A DNA stretch of 15,032 nt from an uncultured archaeon (GTDB lineage Archaea > Altiarchaeota > Altiarchaeia > IMC4 > SCGC-AAA252-I15). This document shows, piece by piece, positions 14,981 to 15,032 of the stretch. Position 1 is the stretch's first letter; each line of letters starts with the position of its first letter. The notes below the pieces were generated by a model, which was not told where the DNA came from, made no database searches, and saw only the letters and a program-made list of their open reading frames with translations. Position numbers and translations under genes: made by a program. The stretch covers positions 1-15,032 of the forward strand of contig CABMCB010000081.1 in the NCBI GenBank assembly GCA_902384455.1. Direction: 5' to 3'.

Positions 14981-15032
14981 AAACAATAACCGTCAAGGCC
15001 CCGGGGAAACTGATGGTCTCCGGGGAATGGAG
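14977..15032 (+). CDS. GHMP kinase N-terminus, probably phosphomevalonate kinase (3'-partial)
   Basis: Not in the ORF track. ATG at 14977 overlaps the Nudix stop (ATGA) and reads MKTITVKAPGKLMVSGEW, the GHMP motif I APGKLxxxGE. An aromatic residue rather than His after GE fits phosphomevalonate kinase better than mevalonate kinase. Only 18 codons are visible. Confidence 0.75.
   Translation, partial: MKTITVKAPGKLMVSGEW

Noticed and set aside
1-15032. CRISPR array, tRNA/rRNA, IS element or att site
   Set aside because: Intergenic gaps are all under 100 bp, and I saw no regularly spaced DNA repeats, cloverleaf, transposase or integrase motif, or terminal inverted repeats.

Overview
Gene-dense archaeal window (Trm1, AMP phosphorylase, NurA and DUF835 are archaeal markers; a DPANN/Altiarchaeota-like source is my inference only). 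The left 6.5 kb holds two translationally coupled, very large membrane-anchored proteins (the first is 5'-truncated). Their last membrane helices align with each other by eye, so they look like tandem paralogs of a VirB6/TrbL/CedA-like integral membrane family. Their long C-terminal tails are unrelated: a 19-22 aa helical repeat array in one, and a Gly/Ser/Pro-rich disordered region plus an 11-residue-periodic helix in the other. This pair is the best candidate for an undescribed system. To the right are AMP phosphorylase, a minus-strand DUF835 / NurA-family / GT2 cluster, a HAD phosphatase, a small membrane protein, trm1, and the start of a bacterial-type (classical) mevalonate operon (mvaD, an IDI-like Nudix protein lacking the catalytic Cys, and the first 18 codons of a probable phosphomevalonate kinase). 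The DNA also alternates between tracts of strong G/T versus A/C synonymous-site bias. I saw no rRNA, tRNA, CRISPR array or transposase. All family calls come from motif recognition by eye, not from database searches.
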